A stretch of DNA of 63,982 nucleotides, filler included, from Olpidium bornovanus S191 (Eukaryota > Fungi > Olpidiomycota): the NCBI GenBank assembly GCA_017911155.1. It is 33 parts of 33 records of this genome, joined end to end, with 100 filler letters (N's around TTAATTAATTAA, not from the genome) between each part and the next. Parts side by side here need not be neighbours in the genome. Positions count along the whole stretch, not along the records: positions 59,532 to 61,148 come from JAEFCI010007753.1; positions 61,249 to 63,982 come from JAEFCI010011884.1; 31 more parts are not named here. One strand, written 5' to 3'. Below, piece by piece: positions 61,091-63,982 of the stretch. The translations under genes and the position numbers were made by a program. How positions within the stretch are numbered: position 1 is the first letter of the stretch; the number at the start of each line of letters is the position of its first letter. The notes beneath the pieces were generated by a model. The model was not told the origin of the DNA. It did not search any database and worked only from the letters and a program-made list of their open reading frames with translations.

Positions 61091-62254
61091 GTAAGCCTGC
61101 TTCATTTGATTTTTGCCTTCTTTGCTTCGTCGTTGGACCTTTTTGCCANNNNNNNNNNNNNNNNNNNNNNNNNNNNNNNNNNNNNNNNNNNNTTAATTAA
61201 TTAANNNNNNNNNNNNNNNNNNNNNNNNNNNNNNNNNNNNNNNNNNNNCGGTTCGCTCCTTCCGTGGCTCTGTTTTCCAAAACCGGTCCGATCGCCCGCC
61301 CATCCCCAGTGTCCCCTTGCTCAAATGCCCGAGGCCTGCGAGGCGCTCGAATCGCTGCTTCAGAGCATGTCACTTGTGCTTCCCGACGGCAGGCCGGGTT
61401 TGCTTTCCCTTGGGGGCTTCGGGATAGCCATCGAAAACGAGAACCTGCTATGCGTGTGTCTGGCGTAAGGGGTCTAATAAATTTACGCCGACAACGGGCT
61501 AAGGGATCCCTGCGGAAGCACAGCCAATATTGGCCCCGCTGTCGGAGTTGGGTTGACCCCTGCCAGATCGGGATTGTCACACACATGAAGTCATGAACGT
61601 GCCTATCAGATGGAGACAGAGGGCCGGCGGGGCATCGGCGCCGTTCGCCGGATGGTGCTGATACTCCCGTTGTCCCGCCGGATACGGGATGGGCATGACG
61701 ACGCCCTTTGGCCGGGTTCTCTCCATGTGCAGACTGTCCCGCCTCCAACCGGCCTTCCTGGCAGTTCTCCAGCTGAGTTGTCCTGTAGGCACACTGTTGA
61801 CGGCCTGCTCACGCTTGGCAAACTTGGTGAAACGGACGGAATAATCGTCGCATGGTTACCTAGGGCCGACTCTCCTTCGGCGGCGCGCTTTTGTTGTTTT
61901 CGTTCATGCGCATGACCGGGCGACACCCGGACACAGGAAAAATGTTCTCCGGCCCGCTTCCGCCGCCTCAGGAGAAACACGCCTGTGCGCAACAACAGAA
62001 GCGAAAACGACGACAACAACCCGAAAGAGGGGTCCGCGACGCCGCCGCCCGCGCCCGCCGAGAAACCCGCGGCCGGGCACTGGGGCCCGCACGACCGCGC
62101 TTGCGACCGCCGCCAACACACGCACGAGCCGCCAGCACTCCCCGCCCCCCGGGGCGCGCGCCAAAGTCGACCGCCCCGCTCGCGGCCTCCGGCTCTCCGG
62201 GGCTTCCGAGTCACACGCAAGAGCCCCGGCGCCACACGCGGGGACCGCCCGCGC

Positions 62255-62563
62255 CGCCGGGGCTCGCCGTGACGAGACCCTGGCGGCCGGCCCCCTTCTG
62301 CAAACGCGGCGGCCCTCAATCCCGACCCTCGGCCGTGGCCGGGGGTGGGGGCGCGTTTTCGGCTGCGGTGGCTGGTCCCCGTCTTCCTGCGGAAAACCCC
62401 GGCGTCGCACGTGCCCTCAAAGTGGAACCGCCCGCGCCACCGGGGCTCGCCGTGACGAGATCCTGGCGGTCGGCCCCCTTCTGCAAACGCGGCGGCCCTG
62501 AATCCCGACCCTCAGGCCGTGCCGGGGGGCGGGGGCGCATTTCCGCCCGCGGTGGCTGGTCCT
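62255..62563. repeat. GC-rich ~125-bp direct repeat pair (62255-62380, 62438-62563)
   Basis: CCGGGGCTCGCCGTGACGAGA.CCTGGCGG...CTTCTGCAAACGCGGCGGCCCT.AATCCCGACCCTC present twice. Confidence 0.85.
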
Positions 62564-63099
62564 CTCCTTCCTGCGGGTTTCAGTTTACGCGTCAAGGCCT
62601 CCCGCGCGGCCGTTTTTGCTCCCGCCCGCGGGACTGTTTCGCGTCAGCAGTAAGCGGAAGGAACGTGGCGACCGCGACTTGAACTCGCCAATTGCCCGCA
62701 GAATGGCCAGGGAGACGTCCTGTGCCGGCCGGCGGGCGGACCGTCGCGGACTAGCTGGACTTCGACGTGAATCTTCGCGAACGGGCAATCAAGAACACCC
62801 CTGACTGATACTTCGGGCGCAAAAGCGTGTTCTACAACTGGGGCCTAATGGAGAAGAGGGTCACCGTGCAGTCAGCGAAAGAGGCGGCGATCACGGCGGC
62901 CGTGCCACCGCCGTTGAAATTAGCGTCCGGGCAGCGCAGTCGGGTGATAACGCCCACAGCGAGGGCGCCCTCGCGGCGCGCCGGGCCTTTGTCGAGGTCC
63001 AGCTGGAGGGTGACTGGAAGTCAAAGGCATGGATTGTCGGCCGGTTCGCGTCGCGTGACTCCAATCTTCTGCACGCAAACTGCCTGCGGCGTCATTTTC

Positions 63100-63480
63100 C
63101 AATTAATTGATTCAATCCGAGTTCAAACCGGAGTTAACAATTATGAATACAATAATTCAATAATTAATATATATTAAATATAATTCACATTTATAGCATC
63201 TAATTACTCGACTAGTAAATGCTTTACCATAAGCTACACACCGTAGGTGGTTTACCATTACATTGACTATGGATCCGTATTAAATAATGCCTCAGTTCAC
63301 TTCCGATTAGATATTGGTATTGCATACAATGCATCCAGAGCCAAAACATGCGCCATCCCGTTCAATAGGAAGCGGAATCGCCCACCTCCCTCTAATCCAA
63401 ATTTGCGCAACGCGCATCTTTTGTAGTCGTTTAATTTCAGTCATTCTTTTCAAATACTAGCGTTTTAAATTCCTCTGTTT
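63100..63480 (+). mobile_element. AT-rich island, possibly a highly decayed LINE RT remnant
   Basis: Reading AYNASRAKTCAIPFNRKRNRPPP recalls the non-LTR RT N..KT..I.F.R....P stretch; a downstream FKY* may be a decayed KYLG. Confidence 0.3.
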
Positions 63481-63982
63481 CTTTCCTGGGCGATAATCAG
63501 TCTGGGCGTTTGATTTCTCAAACCAATTACCAGTGTGGGGGGTTCATCGGTCACGTTGCCCGGCAACGGTCGCGCGCTTTGTAGTTTTGTCGAACAGGAC
63601 GCGGCATCTCGTTGGTTCCCGCGCCCCATTGTTAGACAGCGGCAATTCTACATTTGCCCTTGCTCCGCTTCTTCTCCAGTCCGGTGACTGCTTTTCCGCG
63701 CCTTAACCCGCCCCTTCCTTATTCTTTCCGACGCAAGCCATGAGGCAGTTTAGAAAGTCGGCCCAGTCGAATTTTCTTTGGGAACGCTTTGGGGTGGAGG
63801 AAAGAGGGGCGGGGTGGGGCGTGGAACAGGGGAAGGGGAAGCGAAGGGTGGGTGGGGGCGGCATGATGTAGAACCTGCCAAATATGGTGCCAGATTTCTC
63901 AGCATTGTCCAGAATCTGAATGTCCTGTCACAGGAGCTAAGTGCCTCACATAAGGATGAAGCTGAATGCGTCCACAGACTAA

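Overview
Not a contiguous locus. The window is 33 short eukaryotic contig pieces (about 1-4 kb) joined by 32 identical 100-bp artificial linkers (44 N + TTAATTAATTAA, stops in all six frames, + 44 N), so adjacency across linkers has no biological meaning. Gene content points to a GC-rich, intron-containing, flagellated early-diverging fungus; Olpidium-like is an inference. Recognisable genes, mostly truncated: axonemal dynein DNAH10, NoxB-type NADPH oxidase, PEX7, NIPA-type Mg transporter, CDC48, MDM1/SNX14, NADPH-P450 reductase, ataxin-3, taxilin, PUS10, SVIP-like, TPP1/Est3-like OB fold, LEUNIG-like WD40 protein, MIT-like protein and a 4-TM membrane protein. Mobile-element relics include two Ty1/copia, two Ty3/gypsy, a Helitron and a possible LINE. 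Most interesting: (1) a complete intronless 127-aa secreted protein built from two tandem 4-Cys modules (candidate effector); (2) a plant-LEUNIG-like Q-rich/WD40 protein; (3) an array of homologous exon+intron units; (4) strong enrichment of CATG at contig ends and at internal homology breaks, suggesting restriction-ligation chimeras in the assembly. All protein identities come from my recognition of motifs, not from database searches.
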